IMG/VR virus record: IMGVR_UViG_3300023257_000007
Coordinates: 124,001 to 188,000 of that record
Length of the DNA stretch: 64,000 nt
Reading direction: 5' to 3' (one strand)
Each line of letters begins with the position of its first letter. Position 1 is the first letter of the stretch. Positions 18,698 through 28,497 of this stretch are shown in pieces. Below the pieces are notes generated by a model. That model was not told the origin of the DNA, did not search any database, and saw only the letters and a list, made by a program, of their open reading frames with translations. The position numbers were made by a program, and so were the translations under genes.

Positions 18698-20134
18698 ATT
18701 TTGTAATTCCGTTAATTTAAAATAAAAATCTCGAGCTATTTTCTTTAAGTAATATGTACCCATTCCTTGCATGCCTGTTTTCTCGTTATCTGGATCTGGT
18801 ACTCTTTTACCATTTAAGTAGTTTAAACCACTAACATTTGTAATAAATTTATGACCCCCTGAATTTGATTGAATAATATCCCATGCCGTAACATACATAT
18901 CATTTAATATCTTTTTATCATTTTCACTTAATTTTATAAAAGGAACAGTCATCACAGCATCTAACACATTTTCAGATTGCTGATCTAAACCAACAATTTG
19001 ATCTTTAAATAAAGAAACTAAATCTTTAAATCTAAAACCAAATTCATTTGAAATATCTTTTGGAGCTTTATTTCTTGTACCTTTAGCAGCTCTGACCATA
19101 TCTTGTTCAGATATTCTCTTAATATTTTTAACAGTTATTTTAACGTTTTGTAAATTAGTTTTGAAATTATTTAATACATCTTGTGCAATATCGCCCAAGT
19201 TAATATGTTCAAATTTTGGATCTTTCTTTTTAAAAGGATTTGTTGAAACTTGAACTAATCCCATTGGCCAAGCCATAATAAAAAAATTAGCATCTGGATA
19301 TAATTTAAATGAAGCATATCTATCATATGAACCAGTATCAAACATTCTAGGACCACCATATTGCATCATTATATCATTCTTAACAACTAATTTTTTAAAA
19401 TTTTTAAGATTGTCAAAATATGTATTTGCATGTTTTTCAATTGATTCAGCAGGATCTAAACCTAAATCTTTAGCTAATTTCTTAATTTCTAAAAACATAC
19501 TAACTAAACTAGGTTTTGAATTTTCAACTAAACCTACTAAAAAACCAGGTTTATTTTTATAAGCCAATAATAGTTTATTTACAACAAATCCTAATTTCAT
19601 TCTATTTGATTTAGTTGATATATCTTTATTGGTTTTATAGAAAAATTGAATTACATCAGAAGGAGTTATATCTTGACTTGCATAATCTGCACTATCAACA
19701 GTATCAATCATATTAACATCTTCTGCTGAAAATATATCATTAGGTGAAATTTCACCGGAAATAGTACCAGCATTTGATTTAGCTTTCTTAAAATGTGCAG
19801 ACATAGTTTCTACGCCTATTTGCATATCATGGTGGTCTGTATGAATAACAAATTCTGTTTTACCGTGAGCAAAATCTACTAAAACAGCTAATGTACCGGG
19901 TTGTGGTTTATCTAAATGATATTCCATACCACCATATTGAATAGTATGATATCTTACTGTTTTAATACCATATTGTTTCAAATATTCTCTCATAGCAATA
20001 GCTGATGTAACACCATCTAAATCTACATGAAAATATATTTCAGCTTCATCAAAAGTTTTAGATATTTTTTTAATATCACGTATGCCAGATTCATTTAATT
20101 TCAGAAACTGATTATAACTTTCTAATAAACGCAT
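18686..20134 (-). CDS. DHH/DHHA1-family phosphoesterase with CTS-like leader
   Basis: HVDLDG (motif I), VDF (II), DHH (III) and a C-terminal SGGH; likely start MRLLESYNQFLKLNE (20134) rather than 20146. Confidence 0.8.
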   Translation of the reverse strand: MRLLESYNQFLKLNESGIRDIKKISKTFDEAEIYFHVDLDGVTSAIAMREYLKQYGIKTVRYHTIQYGGMEYHLDKPQPGTLAVLVDFAHGKTEFVIHTDHHDMQIGVETMSAHFKKAKSNAGTISGEISPNDIFSAEDVNMIDTVDSADYASQDITPSDVIQFFYKTNKDISTKSNRMKLGFVVNKLLLAYKNKPGFLVGLVENSKPSLVSMFLEIKKLAKDLGLDPAESIEKHANTYFDNLKNFKKLVVKNDIMMQYGGPRMFDTGSYDRYASFKLYPDANFFIMAWPMGLVQVSTNPFKKKDPKFEHINLGDIAQDVLNNFKTNLQNVKITVKNIKRISEQDMVRAAKGTRNKAPKDISNEFGFRFKDLVSLFKDQIVGLDQQSENVLDAVMTVPFIKLSENDKKILNDMYVTAWDIIQSNSGGHKFITNVSGLNYLNGKRVPDPDNEKTGMQGMGTYYLKKIARDFYFKLTELQNRKS

Positions 20135-20138
20135 GAAA

Positions 20139-20696
20139 TTAAACATTTTTTAACAGATTCATTAAATCATCATTTAATATCTGTAACACTTTTTTACCAT
20201 TTAGTTCAATTTGTGGGACATTCTTAATTATAGAAAAAACATCATTGCCCTCAACAACTATTTCACTAAATAATTTATCAAGTTGTGGATTTCTTCTATA
20301 ATAAGAAACTAAATTATCAACAAACTCTTTTAATTTTAATTCATGATTTTCATTATATTTCAAAACTAATAAAGATTTATCAGTTTGCTCTATTATCATG
20401 AAATGTAAATCATCTTTAGAATGATTATTTGATTCTAAAAGAGAATAAGCATCAGAAGGTTTATAATTATCTAAAAATTTAGCGACTTTGCCATTAAGTT
20501 TAAACCTAGGTTTTTTCCTACTAACATTTGGATCTCTGTTATCTCTTCTTGGAGGTTTAGATAACTCTTGAGCCATTGCAGCCAAATTAGCCTTCTTAAT
20601 CGGAATTTCCTTTGGAATTTCAGGAACAGAACTAGTAATAGTTTTTGAACTACCACCACCTGTTGATGCAAAATCACTATATTTTTTTAAGCCCAT
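20139..20696 (-). CDS. Hypothetical protein with leader-like N-terminus (MGLKKYSDF)
   Basis: 185-aa ORF in the same operon as the DHH gene. Confidence 0.65.
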   Translation of the reverse strand: MGLKKYSDFASTGGGSSKTITSSVPEIPKEIPIKKANLAAMAQELSKPPRRDNRDPNVSRKKPRFKLNGKVAKFLDNYKPSDAYSLLESNNHSKDDLHFMIIEQTDKSLLVLKYNENHELKLKEFVDNLVSYYRRNPQLDKLFSEIVVEGNDVFSIIKNVPQIELNGKKVLQILNDDLMNLLKNV

Positions 20697-20706
20697 TTTT
20701 TAATTT

Positions 20707-21228
20707 TTAAATTTCTTGACTACCTTGTTGTAACTGTTGACCTTGTTGTTGTAATTTCTGGCCTTGTTGTTGTAATTGCTGCCCTTGTGTTTGTAGATTT
20801 TGACCTTGTGCTTGTAAACCATCATCCTGTGCAGGAATATCCTGTGCAGTTTGTTGAGCTTGAGTTTCATCTGGAACATCTTGTAATGGTTGAACTTGTT
20901 GCGTTTGAGCTTGTTGCATTTGAGGTTGAACTTGTGCACCTTTTGCATAATTAGAACCCATTGCCATTGTAACAGGCAAATTCTCAATGTTCATATATGA
21001 TGAAGCGATATAGTTAACAATCATTTCAGCCATTTGTTCTGCACCATAAAGATCTTTAACATCTCTACCTGTCTCATCTTTAACTTTTTTAGTAAAAGCG
21101 TTAATTAATGATTTAGGTACATCAACGTTTGGTAATACTCTATAAACATCATCAATAGCAAATACAGTTTCTTGAACTTTATTTCCTTTTGAATTTTTAA
21201 AATCATTTAGATTTGTTAAATGTTTCAT
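20707..21228 (-). CDS. Hypothetical protein with CTS-like leader and Gln-rich heptad tail
   Basis: MKHLTNLNDF...; QGQNLQT/QGQQLQQ/QGQKLQQ/QGQQLQQ repeats (21-nt tandem, about 20737-20820); TTAATATATAA upstream. Confidence 0.7.
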   Translation of the reverse strand: MKHLTNLNDFKNSKGNKVQETVFAIDDVYRVLPNVDVPKSLINAFTKKVKDETGRDVKDLYGAEQMAEMIVNYIASSYMNIENLPVTMAMGSNYAKGAQVQPQMQQAQTQQVQPLQDVPDETQAQQTAQDIPAQDDGLQAQGQNLQTQGQQLQQQGQKLQQQGQQLQQGSQEI

Positions 21229-21281
21229 AATCGGATTTTTTATTTTTTATTATATATTAAACTTTATTTCTCATTTTTCTT

Positions 21282-22109
21282 TTAGAATATATTCTTAATA
21301 TCCTGCCATGTGGTTCTTCTAGTAATTCCTAAACCTATACCAATATAAGGACCTACTCCTTTATTCATAGGATTATACATAAAACCAACTGAAAACGTTG
21401 GACCAATTCCCCATCTATATTTAGGCATAATAGCTTTTAATACTTTAGATTTTTGTGGATCTATCAAAGCACCATCCAAATTAGCAATACTGAAACCTGG
21501 ATAATCAGATTTAATAAATATTTTTAATTGACCTTTTTCTTCAATTAAACCAGTTGTTAAACCTAAACTAAATTCATCTTTTAATAATGTTGTTATAATA
21601 GGTTTTACAATTTTACCACTATCTATCATAAATCTAGATTCACCAACTAATGTTCTACTATTATATTTATCAAACTGTTTAAAATAATCCCATTTCAACC
21701 CATTTGAACCATCAGGATAAACAGTATCAGTAGTGTGTATTATAATAGGTTCTTTATTTTTAATCTTAGCTAAAGCAGTTGCTAGATAAATAACATCACC
21801 CCTTTGTTTTTTAACTTCATCATATAATTCTTTATTCTTTTCTTTTAGTTCTTTCTTATCAGCAATTAATACAGCTCTCTCATATTGTAATTCATTATTC
21901 TTATTATAAACCTTTATTAAAGTATCTTTATAATATGATTCATTTTGTTCTTTAATTATTAATTTATCTTGTAATTTTCCAACTTTATCACATTTCTGAA
22001 TAAAAAGTAATATTACAATCGCACCAGCAATTAATAAAACTGTTCTTTGATTTTTAGGATCTGAAATAAAACCCCATATTTTCTTTAATATTTCCCAAAA
22101 TTTACCCAT
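21282..22109 (-). CDS. Membrane-anchored coiled-coil protein with C-terminal amphipathic beta-hairpin (spanin-like, Bacteroidota DUF6808-like)
   Basis: TM segment VLLIAGAIVILLFIQ, coiled coil, and end RWGIGPTFSVGFMY...GVGPYIGIGLGI. Confidence 0.45.
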   Translation of the reverse strand: MGKFWEILKKIWGFISDPKNQRTVLLIAGAIVILLFIQKCDKVGKLQDKLIIKEQNESYYKDTLIKVYNKNNELQYERAVLIADKKELKEKNKELYDEVKKQRGDVIYLATALAKIKNKEPIIIHTTDTVYPDGSNGLKWDYFKQFDKYNSRTLVGESRFMIDSGKIVKPIITTLLKDEFSLGLTTGLIEEKGQLKIFIKSDYPGFSIANLDGALIDPQKSKVLKAIMPKYRWGIGPTFSVGFMYNPMNKGVGPYIGIGLGITRRTTWQDIKNIF

Positions 22110-22111
22110 TC

Positions 22112-24064
22112 TTATAAACTATTTTTTGACGAATCTATTGGTGGTGTACCATCTCTAGAAGTTTTATTACTTGGATTAAACACCGCACTCATAGAACTAT
22201 TTGGTATTGAATTATCACCAGTAATTTTATTTTCACCTAGTACCCAATAACCTTTATTCCAAATTCCATTATACCAATTACCAAGATAAAATTTTCCATT
22301 AATAAAAGTTCCATTATACCAATCACCAGACCAAAAATATCCATCATTAAATGTACCACCACTCCATCTACTAAAAAATATATTAGTTTTTGTTGATGAA
22401 CCATTTTTCCAATCAGCATATATTATATCGCTATTTTCTGCTATACCATTTTCCCAAATTGTATTTGTTGTTCCTGTCATGCCTAAAATCGGATCATAAA
22501 TATTCTCTGTTTCAGAATTGAAAAATTTACCATTTTTCCATGTACCATGACTCCATGTTGAATTATTAAACTCGCCTTGATACCAAGTACCAGAACTCCA
22601 TGTAGAATTTATCATTTTTCCATTATACCATGAACCATCTCTCCAACCACCATTATTAAAAGTTCCACCATACCACACACCGTCATACCACGTACCAGTT
22701 TCAAATATTCCATTATTCCAGATTCCATTATTCCATGTAGATCCACTACCTTTAAAAGCACCATTATTAAAAATTCCATCATACCATGTAACATAATTAA
22801 TTATATTACCATTATTAAAAGTTCCATCATACCAGTATATTTTATAATAATATATCAATAATTTTAAATCTCCACTCATATCACCACCATTAAATGTACC
22901 ACCTGACCACATACAATCTATATTATCTGCATTAAAATTGCCATTATTAAAAACACCATTATACCATTGTGAATCTACAAATGTTCCATCATTAAAAGTA
23001 CCACCAGTCCAATTTGATCTATAAAAATACCCATCATTAAAAATACCATTTAACCAAGTTTTTGAACTATTAAAATAACCAAATATCCCATTATTCCAAA
23101 TACCATCATACCAAACACTTGGTCCAAATTTTTGACTTTCTTCACTTAATAAAGAATAATCTTCACCTATATCATATTCCCATGTACCATAACTCCAAAT
23201 ACAATTATTTTCCACCGTACAATTTTTAAAATATCCACCAGTAATTATGTAATCACTTATCACACATTCTTCAAAATATCCACCACTTATAATATGATTA
23301 GAGCCATTAAAAACTCCATTATAATAAATACCAGATTCTATATTAGTTATATAAATATTTGAACTAATTGAATTTTCACAACCAATATAACTATAACCAT
23401 TATTATTATTATTTTTACTTATAGATAAAGATAATATATCATCTTCAGTATTAACTAATGTAGGATACATATAATCATATTTTAATTCAAATGTTGTACC
23501 AGTAGAATTACAAACAAAAAAGATACCTTGATTTACATTAACATCACCAATCAAATCACATTCTTTTATAATAGCTGCATCTATATAACCATCATTTATT
23601 GTGATATTTTCACATTTAACCAAACTAATATAATGATTTGTTAAATTAACATTTGAAGGTAAATCTTCATATTTTTTATTAATAATAATTAGATTTCTAT
23701 TACTATCTACATATATTACTTTATATCCATTATCTTTAACATAAGGAAAATTTAAATCATATCTTCTTTCATAAAATGTATCAATATTACCAGTTGCATC
23801 ATCAAAACTTGAAATATAAACTATATCTCCTATTTTAATATTAGAATCTAACATTGTATAAAACCCAAGATATTCATTATATCTTTCTGGTATGTTTACA
23901 ATCTTAACAGAATTTCTTGTTTCAGGATATTTTGCAAGTTCTCTTTTTCTAACAGGATCAATAGGATCTGATAAATTAACATTAATACCCAATTCTAATG
24001 ATAGACCCTTTATAATTCCATTTGAATTTAATGTGTCAACAGGTATGTTTGTTATTCTAGCCAT
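22112..24064 (-). CDS. Pentapeptide-periodic (W/F-x-x-G-x) repeat protein, probable beta-solenoid
   Basis: Long WYDGIWNNGIF/WTGGTFNDGTF run; likely start MARITNIP (24064), just downstream of palindromic TTTTATATATAAAA at 24082-24095. Confidence 0.7.
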   Translation of the reverse strand: MARITNIPVDTLNSNGIIKGLSLELGINVNLSDPIDPVRKRELAKYPETRNSVKIVNIPERYNEYLGFYTMLDSNIKIGDIVYISSFDDATGNIDTFYERRYDLNFPYVKDNGYKVIYVDSNRNLIIINKKYEDLPSNVNLTNHYISLVKCENITINDGYIDAAIIKECDLIGDVNVNQGIFFVCNSTGTTFELKYDYMYPTLVNTEDDILSLSISKNNNNNGYSYIGCENSISSNIYITNIESGIYYNGVFNGSNHIISGGYFEECVISDYIITGGYFKNCTVENNCIWSYGTWEYDIGEDYSLLSEESQKFGPSVWYDGIWNNGIFGYFNSSKTWLNGIFNDGYFYRSNWTGGTFNDGTFVDSQWYNGVFNNGNFNADNIDCMWSGGTFNGGDMSGDLKLLIYYYKIYWYDGTFNNGNIINYVTWYDGIFNNGAFKGSGSTWNNGIWNNGIFETGTWYDGVWYGGTFNNGGWRDGSWYNGKMINSTWSSGTWYQGEFNNSTWSHGTWKNGKFFNSETENIYDPILGMTGTTNTIWENGIAENSDIIYADWKNGSSTKTNIFFSRWSGGTFNDGYFWSGDWYNGTFINGKFYLGNWYNGIWNKGYWVLGENKITGDNSIPNSSMSAVFNPSNKTSRDGTPPIDSSKNSL

Positions 24065-24482
24065 TAATAATCTTAATTTAGTTTTATATATAAAATATTG
24101 ATTAGTGATAAAAAAATTTTTCAAAAATTTCCTTGAATTCTCTAAGATGTTGATTTTATTGTATTTGAATTTTCAACAAATCCTTTAAATATAATAGTTT
24201 TAGAAATTTTAAAAAAGTGAAAAATTTTTTAAATATATAAATAGTGTAGTATTTAAACAGAATTTAGATTGAAAAGTATTAAAAAAATTAAAAACTTTTA
24301 TTTGAATTCGTTTTATATGATTTAAGATAAATTTTAAAACGCTTTAAAGTTTTTCAGTTGAACTAAACAACATTAAAAATTAGTATTATGAAGATTCAAA
24401 TAATTCAAAGGCAATTAATAGCAATCAAAGGATTTTTTAAGAATTACAAGAATTTTCATACAAAAAAAGGCAATTATAGGCA

Positions 24483-25439
24483 ATGAAAGAATTAGAAAAC
24501 GTTGATCTTTTCAACATGACAGCTGACGACGAATCGTTAAATGTCTTCGACAAACCGACTACAAATCAAGACGGAATTTACAGACCAAAATTAGATGAGG
24601 CAAAAGATAAGAAAACTGGATATCGTTCAGTTATTAGATTTTTACCTAACCTCTTCGAAAATGGTAAAATAGGACCTAGTGCAATAGAAAAACATGTACA
24701 TTACGCTGACCTAAAAAACGAACCGGGATTAGCTAATTATTACGACTGTGCAAAAAACTGGGATCCTAAATGTCCACTCTGTACAATATATTGGAAACTT
24801 AAAAATTCCAAAAATCAAGCAGATGTTGAGAAATCTCAACTCATCAATAGAACAACTAAGTATTATTCTTATGTTCAAATTATTGAAGATGACCAAAACA
24901 CCGATTTAATAGGAAAAATTTTAGTATTCCCTTATGGATATACTATTAAAGAAAAAATTAACAGTGAACGTAATGGTGATGTTACTGGGGAACCCTGTAA
25001 TGTGTTTGACTTAGCAACAGGCAAAGATTTTGTTCTTATTATCAAAGAAAAAGGTGGATTTCCAAATTATGAAGGATCACAATTTAAAGATAGTTCACCT
25101 ATCAAATTGTATGATGCTAATAAAGCTAAATTCCTATCAGCTCCTGTAGATGAGAATGGTAGAATAACAAATGCTAAAGTGCAAAAGAAAGTCAAAGATT
25201 TCTTACTTGAAAGAACTGTAACACTTGATGAACATGCACCAGTACAATGGAATGAAGAAGTAAAAGGTAAAATTGAAAACATTTTAGCTATACTTAATGG
25301 TGAAGAAATAGTTAAAGCAGAAAGATCTTCTAATAAGGCAACAACTGATTCAACAAATGATAACAAAGATCTACCAACTGACTTTGGTGGTGATGAAACA
25401 GACGCTGAAGATTTCTTTAGTATAGAAGATGAAGATTAA
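24483..25439 (+). CDS. gp32: Single-stranded DNA-binding protein (T4 gp32-like)
   Basis: VIRFLP, C...CPLC zinc ligands, KYYSYVQIIED, GKILVF.YG..I..KI, FDL..GKDF, NYEGSQF, acidic tail. Confidence 0.88.
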   Translation: MKELENVDLFNMTADDESLNVFDKPTTNQDGIYRPKLDEAKDKKTGYRSVIRFLPNLFENGKIGPSAIEKHVHYADLKNEPGLANYYDCAKNWDPKCPLCTIYWKLKNSKNQADVEKSQLINRTTKYYSYVQIIEDDQNTDLIGKILVFPYGYTIKEKINSERNGDVTGEPCNVFDLATGKDFVLIIKEKGGFPNYEGSQFKDSSPIKLYDANKAKFLSAPVDENGRITNAKVQKKVKDFLLERTVTLDEHAPVQWNEEVKGKIENILAILNGEEIVKAERSSNKATTDSTNDNKDLPTDFGGDETDAEDFFSIEDED

Positions 25440-25460
25440 TCCTCTTTTTATATGATATTT

Positions 25461-25490
25461 AAAAGCCTCGCAATAATGTGAGGCTTTTTT
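25461..25490 (+). terminator. Intrinsic terminator after the SSB gene
   Basis: AAAGCCTCGCA-ataa-TGTGAGGCTTTTTT. Confidence 0.8.
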
Positions 25491-25516
25491 ATTTTAAAAT
25501 ATTAATATATAGGTGC

Positions 25517-26491
25517 ATGAAAATATATAAATTTAATTCTTTTATATTTGAAAAAAGTTCTCTAACTTCAATTGGAATACCAAATGAAGTTCTTAAACAA
25601 ATTCAAATAGATTACGAATTACCACATAATATAAAATGGGAAGAACTTACATTTTCAAACACCATCAAATCATCACTAGAAAATGATGACAAAAATCTAT
25701 ATATTGAAATAAATAAAGAAGGCACTAAAGTAAACGTAATAACATCAATAAGAAAAAATAAAAAGAAAATCTACATATTAGACGAATATAAATATAATTT
25801 CGGATGGGAAAAATCAGAAAGAATTGATATAACATTCGCACCAATTGTACAAAAAATGTCATTTAAAAGTATATATTATCACTGTGAATCTAAAAACTTT
25901 AAACTCACATCCAAAAAAGAAAGATCACTTGAAAATATAAATGTCCAATATGAAAATTTTAATACACAATTTAAAAAAGACTTTACTAACAAATTCATAA
26001 GTATAATTAAAAAAGATAAATATAATCTACTAGACAATACTATAAAAGAAAACGGTCTAACAACATTTGATGAATATTTATATGATTTTGAATCACAATG
26101 TTCAGAAGAATTAAAAAGATATTTAACAATTAAAGAACTTATTTCTAGATATGGTAAAGATAAAATATTTAGATCATTTATGTATTTCATTAAAACAAAT
26201 AACTTAAAATTATTTGAATCAAATACTTCATTAAAACAAACAATAAGTTTATTCGTTGACGATTATTGGTATGCAATGGACGAATTAGAAGGAGTATTAC
26301 ATGACTTAGGATATAAAAGAATGAGTGATAGTGGTAAAGATGTTCTTTTTGTAGAAAAAGAAGGCGAAACTAGATTATATTGGTACGGAAAAGCTTTTGA
26401 AATTAAAAATGAACCACATTATAAAATGCCAGAAGACTGGGCAACTTTTGTTAAAGAAATAACACAAAATTTTGAAGATATAAAAATATGA
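25517..26491 (+). CDS. Hypothetical protein with CTS-like leader (MKIYKFNSFIFE) and an internal second leader-like motif
   Basis: TTAATATATA 5 nt before ATG 25517; internal LKLFES near 26204. Confidence 0.7.
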   Translation: MKIYKFNSFIFEKSSLTSIGIPNEVLKQIQIDYELPHNIKWEELTFSNTIKSSLENDDKNLYIEINKEGTKVNVITSIRKNKKKIYILDEYKYNFGWEKSERIDITFAPIVQKMSFKSIYYHCESKNFKLTSKKERSLENINVQYENFNTQFKKDFTNKFISIIKKDKYNLLDNTIKENGLTTFDEYLYDFESQCSEELKRYLTIKELISRYGKDKIFRSFMYFIKTNNLKLFESNTSLKQTISLFVDDYWYAMDELEGVLHDLGYKRMSDSGKDVLFVEKEGETRLYWYGKAFEIKNEPHYKMPEDWATFVKEITQNFEDIKI

Positions 26492-26700
26492 AACATATAA
26501 AAACTTTTGAACAACATGCTGCAGATTATTATGAAGGAGAAACTTCATCTTCACCTTCAGGACCAGTTAAAATGAACTGTCCTAATTGTGGTAATGAAAT
26601 GAATGTAATGTTCCATGAAATTAGTCCAAAACCAATCACTTGTGAATTTTGTGGTGATAAAATAGAATATCCATATGGTCAAAGTTGGCGTTGGGCATAA
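26488..26700 (+). CDS. Small zinc-ribbon protein with CTS-like leader (MKHIKTFEQH)
   Basis: CPNC...CEFC; ATGA overlap with the upstream stop. Confidence 0.7.
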   Translation: MKHIKTFEQHAADYYEGETSSSPSGPVKMNCPNCGNEMNVMFHEISPKPITCEFCGDKIEYPYGQSWRWA

Positions 26701-26701
26701 T

Positions 26702-27187
26702 ATGAAACATTTAAAAACATATAATGAAAAATTTTCTTTTAGGAAAGATGATCAAAGAGAAATTAGAAAATGGCTTTTTAATTATATATGTAATGAATAT
26801 TTTGGCGAAAAACAAGAATCATTAAAAAAATATGATAGAAAAATTCGTTTTTCACCAGGTTCTAATGGTAACGATATATATAAAATATATAAAATATTTA
26901 ATGATAATAGATATAGATTTGACATTATATGTGAACTAACAGACGAAGAAATTAAAGATGATATCTATCTCAGTGCAAGTATTGTAAAATTCAAAGATAT
27001 GTATGATATCTCACTTAGACAGACATACAATGAAACAGAAAAACAAATAGAAATTAAAGGTATTGCTTTTGAAGTAAGAGCAATATTAAAAAAGGGAATG
27101 GACAAATCAAAATTTAAATCTGAATTATCTGATAAATTAAGAGAAACTGTTGAACATGAATTCAGCATTATGACTCATTATTTATGA
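26702..27187 (+). CDS. Hypothetical protein with CTS-like leader (MKHLKTYNE)
   Basis: ATG 1 nt after the upstream stop; the leader marks the true start. Confidence 0.7.
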   Translation: MKHLKTYNEKFSFRKDDQREIRKWLFNYICNEYFGEKQESLKKYDRKIRFSPGSNGNDIYKIYKIFNDNRYRFDIICELTDEEIKDDIYLSASIVKFKDMYDISLRQTYNETEKQIEIKGIAFEVRAILKKGMDKSKFKSELSDKLRETVEHEFSIMTHYL

Positions 27188-27636
27188 AATATTTCGGTCC
27201 GGGTAAGTGGAAGATACCAGAAAATGATCGTTTTAAAAATTTTTATAACCTTAAACATTACGAACCACTTTTACTTGACCTTATGAAGGGTTGTGTAATA
27301 GATGATAATTATATACCTAAAGATTTAAAAAAAATTATTTTAGGTGATTATCCATATGGTATCACTAATGATGAAATTAGAAAATATTTATTTAAATTAA
27401 TACATCCAGATGAGGTTAAAGCATACCTTAGAGGATGGTATAAAGTAAGTAAATCTAAAAAGTTAGATTTCACAAAACAAATCTATAAAGATCTTGAATA
27501 TCAAAAAAATAGTAGATTCGAATCTAAAAAAGATTTTAAACCTTTAACTGAAAAATATCCAGAATTTTGGAATGATGTCAAAAAATTATATATCGGAACA
27601 GCTAAAGATATGTTCCAAAATTTAAAATGGAATTAA
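27184..27636 (+). CDS. Hypothetical protein
   Basis: 150-aa ORF, coupled by an ATGA overlap. Confidence 0.6.
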   Translation: MKYFGPGKWKIPENDRFKNFYNLKHYEPLLLDLMKGCVIDDNYIPKDLKKIILGDYPYGITNDEIRKYLFKLIHPDEVKAYLRGWYKVSKSKKLDFTKQIYKDLEYQKNSRFESKKDFKPLTEKYPEFWNDVKKLYIGTAKDMFQNLKWN

Positions 27637-27694
27637 AAATAATTGTTTTTTCTTGAAATTTTTAGTATATTAATGTAAATTAAAACTAAAAATT

Positions 27695-28459
27695 ATGAGA
27701 ATAGGATACCATACTTCAATCTCCGAAGGACTTAAAAAAACTGCAAAATATATTAAAGATACAGGAATGAGCGCAACACAAATTTTCGCAGGCTCACCTA
27801 GAACATATTATGTATCAAAAAACCAATCAGAAAGACACTACATAAAAGAACTAAATTGTTATAAAGTAGTTCATATAAATTACCTAGTAAATCCAGCAAA
27901 ATCAAGACCAGCCATACCTAAATCTATTATTGATAATATTAGATTTTGTAGAGACATTGATGCTGATGGTATTGTAATTCATTGGGGTTCAAATGAAAAT
28001 CTTAAAGAAGCATTGCACTATTCATATGAAAACTTTTTAGCAGTAAGAAATAAAATAGGATTAGAAACAAAAATATTAATAGAAACAACAGCCGAAGGTG
28101 GAAACAAATTAAAATTTAATACACTAATAGACTTTTATGACAAATATAAAGATGAATTAAACTTAGGATTATGTTTTGACACCGCTCACCTTTATGCAGC
28201 AGGTTATAACGTATTTAAATTAATTGAAAAACATGGAAAAAATATAGATGTAATGCATTTAAATAACCCAAGTCCAGATGTAGTTTTCGGAAAACATCTA
28301 GATAGACATAATATGTCTCTTTTTGATGAAGCAGGAAAATTTACAAGAGAAGAAATATATGAATTAATGAGACTTGGCACAAAATATGATATACCAATGA
28401 TTTTAGAAACAGGAGAACCACATAATGATTTCATGATTTGTGAATCAATAAAACTATAG
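27695..28459 (+). CDS. nfo: Endonuclease IV-like AP endonuclease (TIM barrel)
   Basis: VHINYLVN, VIHWG, IETTA, CFDTAHLYAAGY, MHLNN, DRH, ILET metal ligands. Confidence 0.8.
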   Translation: MRIGYHTSISEGLKKTAKYIKDTGMSATQIFAGSPRTYYVSKNQSERHYIKELNCYKVVHINYLVNPAKSRPAIPKSIIDNIRFCRDIDADGIVIHWGSNENLKEALHYSYENFLAVRNKIGLETKILIETTAEGGNKLKFNTLIDFYDKYKDELNLGLCFDTAHLYAAGYNVFKLIEKHGKNIDVMHLNNPSPDVVFGKHLDRHNMSLFDEAGKFTREEIYELMRLGTKYDIPMILETGEPHNDFMICESIKL

Positions 28460-28497
28460 ATCTTTTTAACTCATTTGAATTAAAAAAATTCACATTT

